DNA of 64,000 nucleotides from positions 10,296 to 74,295 of the IMG/VR virus record IMGVR_UViG_3300047476_001337, one strand, 5' to 3'. This DNA is from a virus. Lineage: Duplodnaviria > Heunggongvirae > Uroviricota > Caudoviricetes. This document shows positions 17,309 to 26,497 of the stretch, piece after piece. Both the position numbers and the translations under genes were made by a program. Within the stretch, counting starts at the first letter, position 1, and each line of letters begins with the position of its first letter. Below the pieces are notes generated by a model. It searched no databases. It was given only the letters and a program-made list of their open reading frames with translations, and was not told where the DNA came from.

Positions 17309-17836
17309 TTATCTAAACCTTTCCATTCTTTTTCTTAACTTATCAGCCATCTCATAATTTTCATCTTCAATGGCCTTTTTCAAATATATTTCACACATGG
17401 TTTCGCTCAAGGTTTCAATTGGTTGTCCATCCACCATATCACTATTAGATGTTGATGATTCAACAATATCCGTTACTATCGGTCTAAAACTAGGAACTTT
17501 ACCCATATATTCTTGACAATTATTGTGTTGCGTTCTCCAATAATCACTTTTATTCGTTTTAAGACTTTTCCAATCTTCAATGAAAACTTTATCTTGAAAT
17601 TCATAAATGATATTATTTTCATTCCAACCTGATAATTTAACAGCATTTTTACCATTGTGTTTCTGAAGATATTGCTCTAAACCCAAACTTACATATGACA
17701 TATCCAAAATAATCACATCACCAACTTCCCAAGTTGATGTTAATTTTTTTCTCTTAGAACTTGAAATGGATGAACGTAACGCTCCAATTAATAATCCTGC
17801 AATCAAAAAACCGATAAAATATAAGAATGTCGTCAT
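17309..17836 (-). CDS. membrane protein with an N-terminal TM helix and a C-terminal UVR-like motif (175 aa from the ATG after the TACCTTTG box)
   Basis: -7 box at 17844..17851. The N-terminus MTTFLYFIGFLIAGLLIGAL is hydrophobic; the C-terminus reads EDENYEMADKLRKRMERF. Confidence 0.5.
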   Translation of the reverse strand: MTTFLYFIGFLIAGLLIGALRSSISSSKRKKLTSTWEVGDVIILDMSYVSLGLEQYLQKHNGKNAVKLSGWNENNIIYEFQDKVFIEDWKSLKTNKSDYWRTQHNNCQEYMGKVPSFRPIVTDIVESSTSNSDMVDGQPIETLSETMCEIYLKKAIEDENYEMADKLRKRMERFR

Positions 17837-17922
17837 AATGAAACAAAGGTAATAAAAAATCCCCATACTTTCATATGAGGATTAACATTTTTTGAATTCT
17901 ATTTTTTAGTTACAACGGAGAC

Positions 17923-18489
17923 TTAATACGACAACTGAACAAACATCTCTTTTATAGGTAATTTTTCATGAAGTGCGTTCCAAAAAGCTTTATGGTAATC
18001 ATCATATAAGTCTTTTTTTAATCCAACATAAAGTATAAATTCAGGATAAGAAACACCTCTTTGTCTAATTGATATTTCATTAAGTTCTGGCAAATTTGTT
18101 TCAGTTTCAATCCAATATTCCATTTCAACCTCGTCCCACTTATCATAAATCATTTTCTCAATCATTTTGATAAAATCATCCTTTTTATCAATTACAAAGG
18201 TTGTTAAAAGTTCATAAGAATCAACACCAATATACTTAACATTATCAGATATAATGTCTTCAGCATTAATCATAAAATCATAATATTCTTCATTATATTC
18301 ATCTGTAACATTGTTAAACTTAAATGGGTCAACGTGAATGTTTACTACGTATTTACGCCAAGATGGATATCCCCCACTTTTGTGTTGAGCAGCCGAAATA
18401 GGTTCAACATCAATTTTAATATTTCTCTTATCAAATAATAATTTTGATAATAGTTTTTCAATTTGTTTCGCCTTTTGTTTACGGTCCAT
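17923..18489 (-). CDS. hypothetical protein (188 aa)
   Basis: ORF in the same-strand array. Confidence 0.55.
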   Translation of the reverse strand: MDRKQKAKQIEKLLSKLLFDKRNIKIDVEPISAAQHKSGGYPSWRKYVVNIHVDPFKFNNVTDEYNEEYYDFMINAEDIISDNVKYIGVDSYELLTTFVIDKKDDFIKMIEKMIYDKWDEVEMEYWIETETNLPELNEISIRQRGVSYPEFILYVGLKKDLYDDYHKAFWNALHEKLPIKEMFVQLSY

Positions 18490-18501
18490 TAGTATTAAAT
18501 A

Positions 18502-18870
18502 TCACTTAAAATGATAATTGAATATCTTACAATCGGGATTTAGTTTTGTAAAATCAGGGAATACCACATCACCAATATCGTTATTGTCAATGTGTGATAT
18601 ATGTAATTCAGTAAACAATGGTGAGTATTTTTCATATGTTTTCTTTCCACCAATACACCAATCAACCTCAAAATTAAATTCCTCTCGTATATCAATCATG
18701 ACCTCACGACCTTTTAGTATTGGTAATTCAAGTGATGTATTATATCCTACAAGTAAGGAACATCCCATAGTATTTTCTTTGAAGTGTTTGAAATCTTCGG
18801 GACAATTCCATAACATTTTATTACCAATACCTATGAACCCAAGATTATTTACCGCAATTATCGCTTTCAT
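18502..18870 (-). CDS. folA: dihydrofolate reductase (short, 122 aa)
   Basis: IIAVNNLGFIGIGNKMLWNCPEDFKHFKENTMG...LLVGYNT...LP.LKGRE and CIGGKKTYEKYSPLFTELHISHID align with the FolA motifs IGMENAMPW...DLAWFKRNT...IMGR...LPGR and VIGGGRVYEQFL...LYLTHID. Confidence 0.8.
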   Translation of the reverse strand: MKAIIAVNNLGFIGIGNKMLWNCPEDFKHFKENTMGCSLLVGYNTSLELPILKGREVMIDIREEFNFEVDWCIGGKKTYEKYSPLFTELHISHIDNNDIGDVVFPDFTKLNPDCKIFNYHFK

Positions 18871-18896
18871 AATGAAAAGATACTATATTTATCAGT

Positions 18897-19193
18897 ATGT
18901 ATCAATCAGATAAAATGTTGGCAGTTAAAAAACTGTTAGATAAATTAATCAAACCAAAACATCCAAATATTATTAGATTTGATGTTCGTGCTTATGATAC
19001 TGACAAAATGGGTTCAATTCCACATATTTATGTTTACTTAAAAGACCATGATGATGAAGACGAACTTAACATAGATTGGGAAATTAAAGATGTTTTAAGA
19101 TATCTCACAATTAAAAATCACATGGTAAGATTCACACTTGGTGATGACAATGATGACACACATTCTCGATATGTAGGAAGAGATTGGCAGTAA
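18897..19193 (+). CDS. hypothetical protein (98 aa) on the plus strand
   Basis: Sits in a gap with no minus-strand ORF and is followed by a plus-strand hairpin AGAGGA...TCCTCT with a T-run (19255..19282). Confidence 0.55.
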   Translation: MYQSDKMLAVKKLLDKLIKPKHPNIIRFDVRAYDTDKMGSIPHIYVYLKDHDDEDELNIDWEIKDVLRYLTIKNHMVRFTLGDDNDDTHSRYVGRDWQ

Positions 19194-19324
19194 ATCAATT
19201 AGCCTCCCTGTAATCAGGGTGTTTTAGGACCGTTACCGTTTCGGTAACAAAAAAAAGAGGAATTCGCTACTCCTCTTTTTTTATTTTGATACGTAATGAT
19301 ACGCAAATATACGAAAGTGATACG

Positions 19325-19759
19325 TTACAAACCAGAAGTATAACACTCCTCGATTGTAAAATAGTATTGTTCTTTTGATAGATATTCCATCGTTGGGTGT
19401 GGGTCGAAACAAGGTTTCAACATTCCATCGTCATTTTTATATATAACACAATGTGGTCTATTTCTTTTTGATAAACCTCTCATAATAACATAAGGTTGAA
19501 CTGTTGGTTCATCCTTATCATGTACTTTGAAACATTTATTGTATTTCAATATTAACCACTGATTCAATACTTGGAACCAAACATTTTGTTCGATGTTCTC
19601 ATGTTTTACACCAAGATTATAAAATGTATAGATATTTGGTATCTCATCAATTGGTTCCTCTAATATTGAAGCAACACAAGCAATTAAACAATTACCATAT
19701 GTCAATCTTGTCCCATCCGAAAAGAAAAGGGAATTTTTAGTTTGTGAAATAGGTTTCAT
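19325..19759 (-). CDS. hypothetical protein (144 aa)
   Basis: ORF; a GNCLIACVASIL motif is weakly reminiscent of cysteine peptidases but I could not classify it. Confidence 0.5.
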   Translation of the reverse strand: MKPISQTKNSLFFSDGTRLTYGNCLIACVASILEEPIDEIPNIYTFYNLGVKHENIEQNVWFQVLNQWLILKYNKCFKVHDKDEPTVQPYVIMRGLSKRNRPHCVIYKNDDGMLKPCFDPHPTMEYLSKEQYYFTIEECYTSGL

Positions 19760-20760
19760 GAATCTTCTTTTGTAAAATTATAATCGAAATCAAAGTCCAC
19801 ATTGAATGAAGTTAATAATGGTTTCAACTTTTTATAAATCATGTCATTAAAATCTTCGGACCAAATCCATTCAGGAACATCATGGTAACTAGCACTTACC
19901 CAAGTGTCATCCTCTTCATTACCAATCATTAGTCTATTGATTGTTAAATGTACAGTTCCCTCATATCTAGTTGGTTCATCATCATCCATATCATTAATTA
20001 CTTTCCAAAAAGTTGTATCGTTATCATCAAAACTATACTCAATATAAACATCAACTCTTTCATTATTATCATATGGTTCTGTGAACCAAGATTCAAATGT
20101 TGAGTTGTCAGGAATATATTTTTCTATTAATGAGTTAAATATTTGAGTAGCCTTACCATCATATTCATCTTTTGACTCTTTGATAGTTTTTGGTTCTAAT
20201 GGTGGGTCCAACAAAAATCTTTGATTAACCCAATTTCTTAATTCGTTTTCAACAAAGTACTCAGGTACTGGCTCATCATTAGGTTGTTCAGAAGCTAATT
20301 GTGAAATGTATCTTGCAAACTTAACTTTATTTTCTTCATCTAACATCCTCATTAAACCATCACTAACAAAGAATATTTTACTAAATGGGTCAGATGGGTT
20401 TAACTCACCCTCTGCAATGTCAAATAGTCTTAAAATAGTTTTACCCCACCACGTTTTATAGTTGGTTGTTTCAGTTAACGCAGGTTTTAATATTTTATTT
20501 GCAGCTCTAATAGATGCACCTATAAATCCTGCAACCGCAACCTGTGGAAAAAACCAAGGTAACAAACGTAAAAACGCTTTGTAACCACCTTCACCAATAT
20601 GAAGTCTAACTCTTTTACTCATCGCAGCCTCAACAATTGCTTTGAGTTGTCCAAATGTTATTGGACCTTGAGCCTTACAAAATTTTTCAGAATCACAGAT
20701 AGATTTAATAACCCTTTCCGATGGTTCTACTTCAATTTCATTGATGTTTAATTTAGACAT
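19756..20760 (-). CDS. hypothetical protein (334 aa; start placed at MSKLNINEIE)
   Basis: The track start at 20796 would lie inside the terminator hairpin at 20789..20810, so I chose the downstream ATG. Confidence 0.55.
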   Translation of the reverse strand: MSKLNINEIEVEPSERVIKSICDSEKFCKAQGPITFGQLKAIVEAAMSKRVRLHIGEGGYKAFLRLLPWFFPQVAVAGFIGASIRAANKILKPALTETTNYKTWWGKTILRLFDIAEGELNPSDPFSKIFFVSDGLMRMLDEENKVKFARYISQLASEQPNDEPVPEYFVENELRNWVNQRFLLDPPLEPKTIKESKDEYDGKATQIFNSLIEKYIPDNSTFESWFTEPYDNNERVDVYIEYSFDDNDTTFWKVINDMDDDEPTRYEGTVHLTINRLMIGNEEDDTWVSASYHDVPEWIWSEDFNDMIYKKLKPLLTSFNVDFDFDYNFTKEDS

Positions 20761-20788
20761 TACATATAAATACCTGATAATTAAAAAA

Positions 20789-20810
20789 ACCCCCACAATT
20801 AAGTGAGGGT
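20789..20810 (-). terminator. intrinsic terminator of the CCCCCAC/GTGAGGG family
   Basis: ACCCCCACAATTAAGTGAGGGT flanked by A- and T-runs. Confidence 0.55.
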
Positions 20811-20835
20811 TTCTATTACCTTGTGATTTTTGTTT

Positions 20836-21816
20836 TTAGTCAATTACAATTGCTCTTAGTCCATTTGACCTAAGAGAATCTGTTTGTATGTAAATTAGTT
20901 TATTTTCATTCTTCTTTAGAAAATTATCTAAAGTTTCTCTATAAGTTACCATCGTATAAAGTTTATTACCAACACTTACATTATTGTCCGTTGTGTAATG
21001 AATCTCAGTTTTAGTTCTTACCACTTGATTTCCACACTGAGGACAAAACTTATAATTGTCTTTAACTTTGGTGCCACATCCACTACATTTTTTAATCAAA
21101 TCTTTTGTAGTAATATTTTTTGCACTGAATGGTAATATTTTCCATTCTTTTGTCCAACTAACATAAGTGTTAAACATTTCGTAACTTACACCAAATTCTT
21201 GGTTACTTTCACCACCCTTTTCAACTCTCCCTGTTTCAATTTTTACGTCAGAAGTGCTTGTTGTTCCTACGATATTCGAATTTCCAAGAGTTGTTGTGGT
21301 AAAAACATTTGGACTCCCATTTACTGTTCCACTATTAGTAAATAGCGGTGCGCTGTTTACATATGTATATCCGCCAAGATGACCAAAGTTAGTGAAAAGC
21401 ATTTTACTGAAAAATTCAACGGTAACCAATCCGTTATTCTCAATAGCCTTCTGATTAGTTTTACTATCTGAAACTTCATAGGTCTCAAATAAAAACTTTC
21501 GGTCTTCGTCCAAGTATCTTTCTAAAAAGATTCTCTGACCAGGTTTTAATACAACACCTGAACTTGAAATGCGTTTACCATTCAAGTTGATTTTTGCTAA
21601 AATACTATCGTTTGTGGGATTATGGAGTTCAATCTCAAACTCCGTTCTGTCGTGTAGATACACATTTTTACCGTTCTGTTTTTGTCTTTGCTTTCTAACG
21701 GTAATGAAAGCCGTTGGTTCCGCAGAACCAAAATTGTAGTTTTGTTGATACATTTTCTTTTTCCTTATTTTTGGTTTATTTGAACTCCACTTCGTTGGGT
21801 GTTTATTCCAACTCAA
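20836..21816 (-). CDS. hypothetical protein with a C-terminal zinc ribbon (CSGCG...CPQCG)
   Basis: 326-aa ORF with two CxxC pairs near the C-terminus; the true start may be the internal MYQQNY. Confidence 0.55.
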   Translation of the reverse strand: MSWNKHPTKWSSNKPKIRKKKMYQQNYNFGSAEPTAFITVRKQRQKQNGKNVYLHDRTEFEIELHNPTNDSILAKINLNGKRISSSGVVLKPGQRIFLERYLDEDRKFLFETYEVSDSKTNQKAIENNGLVTVEFFSKMLFTNFGHLGGYTYVNSAPLFTNSGTVNGSPNVFTTTTLGNSNIVGTTSTSDVKIETGRVEKGGESNQEFGVSYEMFNTYVSWTKEWKILPFSAKNITTKDLIKKCSGCGTKVKDNYKFCPQCGNQVVRTKTEIHYTTDNNVSVGNKLYTMVTYRETLDNFLKKNENKLIYIQTDSLRSNGLRAIVID

Positions 21817-21895
21817 CCGACTCTATGTTCGGGTGGACCTCAATCACAAGGTGTATCAATAATTATATTCAATAATTGTTTTGTGTAAATAAAAA

Positions 21896-21916
21896 ACCCC
21901 CACAATTAGTGAGGGT
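21896..21916 (-). terminator. intrinsic terminator ACCCCCACAATTAGTGAGGGT
   Basis: A 21-mer identical to 22866..22886, flanked by A- and T-runs, directly after the stop of 21924..22799. Confidence 0.55.
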
Positions 21917-21923
21917 TCCAAAT

Positions 21924-22799
21924 TTATTTTTTTATTTCTTTTCTGCGGGTTCCATCATCATAGATATAAATAAGAACCTCATCTTCTCTAATATGTTTCA
22001 CAGGTCTACCTAACATATCATATACACCGATTACTTTAGGTTCACGAGTAGTCATAGTTAGGTCTTCTGTCTTAAGGGTTACACATGGGTCAATTGTGAG
22101 ACGCCTTAGCATAATTGTATCATTATTGAAACACCAATTCATCCAATAGGACACTAATACATATCTACCTGGTTTAGTAAACTTGTAATTAATAAATCTT
22201 GCAGCGTCCATAGAATCAAATTTAGAATACACAATGCAATTCTGATTACGTGAGGTCCATTCCCAAATAGCACTGTCTGTTCCGTGCACCCATTGACTAT
22301 CTGAAATACTGTTAAGTTTTGCATCTCCAAAGTATAACTCCATCATATAAGTCCAACAGTAGTCAGTTTTAGGTACGGATTTCGTCATCTGACCATCTAT
22401 TGAATCTTTGCATTTAGGGTCGTATGTTGAACCCAATTGGTAAGAAAATTGACATTGAGTGAAGTAATCATAAGTCAACACATCGCTGTAAATTATAGTG
22501 TCACATCCTGTACATTTGTTTGTAAGTTTTAAGTTAAACCTATATTTACCTTTGCTTCTAAAATAAACATAGGCTTTAGTTCCTTGCTTCATTAAGTAGG
22601 GTGATTCTTTTCCGTTACTTAGGTCGATGAGATTATAATCATACTTTACGCAAGTATCCTTGAATACATCACCTTTTAGTAACCATAAATAGTAATTATT
22701 AGAACCCATCTGGTCAATTTTGATAGAACCCCATGTACATTTTGCATTTGCTGTTGCTAAGGAGACCAAAAGCATTAACAGCGATATTAGTTTTTTCAT
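21924..22799 (-). CDS. secreted protein with an N-terminal signal peptide (291 aa, Cys-rich)
   Basis: MKKLISLLMLLVSLATANA signal peptide; multiple cysteines. Confidence 0.6.
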   Translation of the reverse strand: MKKLISLLMLLVSLATANAKCTWGSIKIDQMGSNNYYLWLLKGDVFKDTCVKYDYNLIDLSNGKESPYLMKQGTKAYVYFRSKGKYRFNLKLTNKCTGCDTIIYSDVLTYDYFTQCQFSYQLGSTYDPKCKDSIDGQMTKSVPKTDYCWTYMMELYFGDAKLNSISDSQWVHGTDSAIWEWTSRNQNCIVYSKFDSMDAARFINYKFTKPGRYVLVSYWMNWCFNNDTIMLRRLTIDPCVTLKTEDLTMTTREPKVIGVYDMLGRPVKHIREDEVLIYIYDDGTRRKEIKK

Positions 22800-22865
22800 T
22801 GTATTTTACAAATATAATATAAGATTATGAAATTTTCTTGATAAGAATTTATCATTTTAACAAAA

Positions 22866-22886
22866 ACCCCCACAATTAGTGAGGGT
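22866..22886 (-). terminator. intrinsic terminator ACCCCCACAATTAGTGAGGGT (overlaps the stop codon of 22876..23076)
   Basis: Identical 21-mer to 21896..21916. Confidence 0.5.
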
Positions 22887-23076
22887 TTTCTTTTTTATAT
22901 CTTTTCCATTCTATCCAAAATCCTGTTGCAACTATCAGGTTCATTCCTAAAGACATTGATATCTCATATATGTCTTTATATACATTCATTGTGAGGTGTA
23001 TGTGACCCACAACCCAAAATGGTATTGAGAGGTTACTTGCTATCCAAACAATCAAATACGTGATGAACTTACGCAT
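22876..23076 (-). CDS. small membrane protein (66 aa, two predicted TM helices)
   Basis: Hydrophobic stretches LIVWIASNLSIPFWVVG and LIVATGFWI. Confidence 0.5.
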   Translation of the reverse strand: MRKFITYLIVWIASNLSIPFWVVGHIHLTMNVYKDIYEISMSLGMNLIVATGFWIEWKRYKKENPH

Positions 23077-23437
23077 AGTGTTTAACCAAGATGTGACCGC
23101 TTTTATAATTGGTCGCTAATGGAATATCATGTACATCACATAGTCTCAATAACATTTGGACATCAGGTTCATGTGGATGTCTGTCCAATGGGTCTCTGAA
23201 GAATATTACACCTTCAAGTTCGCCTTTGGCAACCATTGCACCTATCTCAGCATCTCCACCCATTGGTCCCGAGTTAACTGTCTGAACTTTCTCAACACCT
23301 GCGTGTTTGATTCTTTTACCTGTTGTACCTGTGGCAACAATCTCCACATCAGGTCGATTAAAGAAGTCCAATCGTTTCATAACAAAGGCAACCATGTCAG
23401 CCTTTTTTCCATCGTGAGCAATAAGGGCAAATTTCAT
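23069..23437 (-). CDS. mgsA: methylglyoxal synthase homologue (122 aa)
   Basis: FALIAHDGKK, VATGTTG, SGPMGGDAEIGAMV and IFFRDPL...PHEPDV...LLRL...IPLATN line up with E. coli MgsA (IALVAHD, ATGTTG, SGPMGGDQQVGALI, IFFWDPL..PHDPDV..LLRLA..IPVATN). Confidence 0.85.
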   Translation of the reverse strand: MKFALIAHDGKKADMVAFVMKRLDFFNRPDVEIVATGTTGKRIKHAGVEKVQTVNSGPMGGDAEIGAMVAKGELEGVIFFRDPLDRHPHEPDVQMLLRLCDVHDIPLATNYKSGHILVKHYA

Positions 23438-23440
23438 ATA

Positions 23441-23713
23441 TTAAATTTCTTCTTCAGTTGGTTCTGTTGGATTCAAAATTACCGTTTCACCTTCAGCAAT
23501 GTCTTCAGTACATGGTGCAATGTGAACTTGGTTATCTTTCCTGAACACAATAACTTTATTAATGTCTTCAAGTCCAGGTATTTTAGTTGTTTCATTTAAG
23601 TCAACAATAATTCCTTGGTCTTCATCTAATATCAATCCTAAAGCTTTAGCGAATATCATCGATGCCTTGTACCAATCTTGTTGATTTTGATTTGGGTCTG
23701 TAGTATTTTCCAT
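23441..23713 (-). CDS. hypothetical acidic protein (90 aa)
   Basis: ORF 3 nt upstream of the mgsA-like gene. Confidence 0.5.
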   Translation of the reverse strand: MENTTDPNQNQQDWYKASMIFAKALGLILDEDQGIIVDLNETTKIPGLEDINKVIVFRKDNQVHIAPCTEDIAEGETVILNPTEPTEEEI

Positions 23714-23766
23714 GATTAAAGTATATATAATTGATATATTTTATAAAGTCAAAGTTATTATTACAT

Positions 23767-24081
23767 ATGAATTTATTTGAAGAATCTATTAGAATGAAAA
23801 AATTAATGATGTTGGAACAAACATCAGATGAAACGTACATGAAAGATTTTTCTGCAGGTAATTTTGATAAACTAAAAGAGTTGTTATTAAACAACAAAGA
23901 ATTGTTAACCAAGTTACAAGAATTACTTAAAACAAAATCAGTTGAAGAAACTGAACAGGTTTTATTAAAACCAAATAAAACCATATTAATACGTGGTATG
24001 GCAGATGCCAAAACAAAGAAAGATATGGACTTTTATCAGTTTTTAGAAATATTCTTAAAGAATGTTGAATCTTTATCTTAA
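23767..24081 (+). CDS. hypothetical protein on the plus strand (start placed at MNLFEESIR)
   Basis: Sits in a gap of the minus-strand array and is convergent with the rmlC-like gene. Confidence 0.45.
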   Translation: MNLFEESIRMKKLMMLEQTSDETYMKDFSAGNFDKLKELLLNNKELLTKLQELLKTKSVEETEQVLLKPNKTILIRGMADAKTKKDMDFYQFLEIFLKNVESLS

Positions 24082-24629
24082 AACTGTAACTCTTTTTCAA
24101 TCTCAGCCAGTCGTGGAAGGACTCTGTCTTTCTCTGATATTATTAGTTCATTAATATCAACACCCCAATCTATATTCAATTCCTCATCCTTAAAGTTAAT
24201 TCCACCATCGGTTGTTGACATGTATAACTCATCACATTTATAATGGAATACAGCGTGTTCTGATAGTGTTAAGAACCCATGAGCAAATCCTTTTGGGATA
24301 AACATCATCTTTTTATTTTCTTCAGATAACTTAACACCAAACCATTGTTTATAAGTCTCAGATGATTTTCTTAAATCAACAACAACATCATAAATTTCAC
24401 CAACAATACATCTAACCAATTTAGCCTGTGGTGCCATGGTTTGAAAATGTAATCCTCTTAAAACATTTTTGGTACTGTAAGACTGATTGTCCTGTACAAA
24501 GTTTGTATATATCCCTTTTTCCCTGAAGAATCTTTGGTTATAACTTTCATAAAAATAACCTCTATCATCAGGATAAATGGTGGGTGTCAAGATTAACAAA
24601 TCTTTTATACCAGTCTCTTCAACTTTCAT
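24078..24629 (-). CDS. rmlC: dTDP-4-dehydrorhamnose 3,5-epimerase (RmlC, cupin)
   Basis: Near-colinear with E. coli RmlC: FVQDNQSYS..NVLRGLHFQ, KLVRCIVGEIYDVVVDLRK, FIPKGFAHGF..LSE, DRVLPRLAE. Confidence 0.85.
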   Translation of the reverse strand: MKVEETGIKDLLILTPTIYPDDRGYFYESYNQRFFREKGIYTNFVQDNQSYSTKNVLRGLHFQTMAPQAKLVRCIVGEIYDVVVDLRKSSETYKQWFGVKLSEENKKMMFIPKGFAHGFLTLSEHAVFHYKCDELYMSTTDGGINFKDEELNIDWGVDINELIISEKDRVLPRLAEIEKELQF

Positions 24630-24631
24630 GA

Positions 24632-25192
24632 TTAATCAGTTACATCGGTCAAATACTGACCTGATTTTAATTTAACTTTGTATGGATATGGCGATGGTTC
24701 AATTGAATCAATCTCATCCATCCAAGTGTCCCAATTTTTATCCAATAACTTGATAAAGTCATCGTTGTTTCCTCTATCTTTATATCGTTGGATATATTCA
24801 TCTTTAAGACTTCTATCAGGATAAACCAAAACAAATGGAATACCTTTTTTGATTAAACTGTCTCTAACATCTTTATGTGATGATACCAGAATCTTGTCAA
24901 CCTTAGGGTCTTCAATATTTCTTTCAATGTGTTCAATGTAGTTTGCTGGAAAGTTTTTCTTATCAAACTTAGAACTATCACTATCTAACACATTTTTTTG
25001 TGTTGTATTAAAATAAGTTGTTTTTCCAACCCCTGGGAACGCAGAATATACTTTTGTTTTCATAGTTTTATACTTTCGTAAACCATAACCAATAATTTCC
25101 TCATTGTCAATTAACGAACAAATCTCAACCTTAAATAATTTTCTTAAGATAGGGTTAAATGTTCTTTTAATCCATGTTGAGTGTGATTTCAT
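24632..25192 (-). CDS. P-loop nucleotide/nucleoside kinase
   Basis: Walker A motif AFPGVGKTT; the N-terminal 43 aa may be an extension; packed 2 nt from the ThyA homologue. Confidence 0.55.
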   Translation of the reverse strand: MKSHSTWIKRTFNPILRKLFKVEICSLIDNEEIIGYGLRKYKTMKTKVYSAFPGVGKTTYFNTTQKNVLDSDSSKFDKKNFPANYIEHIERNIEDPKVDKILVSSHKDVRDSLIKKGIPFVLVYPDRSLKDEYIQRYKDRGNNDDFIKLLDKNWDTWMDEIDSIEPSPYPYKVKLKSGQYLTDVTD

Positions 25193-25194
25193 TA

Positions 25195-26253
25195 TTAGTT
25201 ACTTAAAGGTGCTTTAATTGCTGGGTGTGATTGATAATCTATAAGGTAAAAATCATCAGGAACAAAGTCTGTTAAATTTTTATCATACTCACCTTCTCTA
25301 TAGTCCATACCTAATTTAGGTAACTCAAACGGCTCTCTATCAATCTGTTCTTTAGCTTGTTCAATATGATTCAGATATAAATGAACATCACCTAAGTTAC
25401 CAATTAATTCATCAGGTACCATATTAACTTCTTTAGCAATGATTTTAAGTAATAGACCATAAGAAGCAATGTTGAACGGTAAACCTAAGAATGTATCTAC
25501 TGAACGTTGATTCCACATTAAAGAGATTGCTCGTTTAGGGATATGTTCGTAGTAATTATCTATCGTATAATGAACTTCATCATACTTATCATCAGGATAC
25601 ATCATAGGTCTCATTGCAATAATAAAGTTTTTCTTTTCTGATTCCGATAATAAATTGTATCTTTCATCACTACTCAACTCTCTTGTATAAACTTGAAATC
25701 CATAATGACAAGGTGGAAGAACCATTTGGTCTAATTCACCTACATTCCAAGCATTAACCATTAAACGTCTTGAATCTGGATTTGTTTTAAGGTCGTTGAT
25801 TAGGTTTGCGATTTGGTCAATGCCCCAAGTATGGTTTGGATTTGCTGACCAGTCTCTCCATTGCTTACCATAAATTGGACCTAACTCACCCCACGTATTG
25901 GCAAACTCATCATTGGTCTTAATTTTATAAATAAACCAATCCATAGTTCCAACCTCTTCAGTGTCTTGATGTTTTACATAATTCTTGTAAGCATCACCAT
26001 TCCAAATATGACAACCATTCTCAACAAGGAACCTAATGTTTGTATCACCACGAAGGAACCATAATAACTCGGTCACCATAGTTTTCCAAGCCATTTTCTT
26101 GGTTGTGAGTAATGGAAATCCATCACTCATTTTATGACGAATAGTATAACCAAATATTGATTTGGTTCCTGTTCCTGTTCTATCTTTCTTTTCAACTCCA
26201 AAATCAATGATATCTTGAAGTAATTGTTGGTATTGTTTATCTAATTTATTCAT
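25195..26253 (-). CDS. thyA: thymidylate synthase (ThyA) homologue with insertions (352 aa), possibly a dUMP hydroxymethylase
   Basis: DRTGTGTKSIFG, LLWFLRGDTN, GPIYGKQWR, DSRR...NAWN, catalytic LPPCH, LGLPFNIASY (Asn retained, so a uracil substrate). It is ~90 aa longer than canonical ThyA. Confidence 0.8.
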   Translation of the reverse strand: MNKLDKQYQQLLQDIIDFGVEKKDRTGTGTKSIFGYTIRHKMSDGFPLLTTKKMAWKTMVTELLWFLRGDTNIRFLVENGCHIWNGDAYKNYVKHQDTEEVGTMDWFIYKIKTNDEFANTWGELGPIYGKQWRDWSANPNHTWGIDQIANLINDLKTNPDSRRLMVNAWNVGELDQMVLPPCHYGFQVYTRELSSDERYNLLSESEKKNFIIAMRPMMYPDDKYDEVHYTIDNYYEHIPKRAISLMWNQRSVDTFLGLPFNIASYGLLLKIIAKEVNMVPDELIGNLGDVHLYLNHIEQAKEQIDREPFELPKLGMDYREGEYDKNLTDFVPDDFYLIDYQSHPAIKAPLSN

Positions 26254-26257
26254 TATT

Positions 26258-26497
26258 TTAATCTTGTTTTGTTCCTAACGCCCATACTGAATTTGGAAAT
26301 AATTCTTTTCGTAATTTTAATATAATGTCTCTATGTTCTTGGAATTCATCACCAACAACTGACTTGTGTCCATTCAATACCGCTTTGGTGATTTCATAAT
26401 CTAATTTAGAAATTATTGCCGATTTCTCAGTATTACTTAAATTATCATATTGTTTAGTCAAATCACTCATGTCCAAATGTTTGAATTTTTGCATCAA
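26258..26497 (-). CDS. hypothetical protein (79 aa)
   Basis: ORF overlapping the end of the HAD phosphatase gene by 35 nt; the start is uncertain. Confidence 0.45.
   Translation of the reverse strand: MMQKFKHLDMSDLTKQYDNLSNTEKSAIISKLDYEITKAVLNGHKSVVGDEFQEHRDIILKLRKELFPNSVWALGTKQD

Noticed and set aside
24632-25192. Calling the P-loop kinase specifically a 5-hmdU DNA kinase or dNMP kinase
   Set aside because: Only a Walker A motif is recognisable, so the substrate cannot be inferred from sequence by eye.
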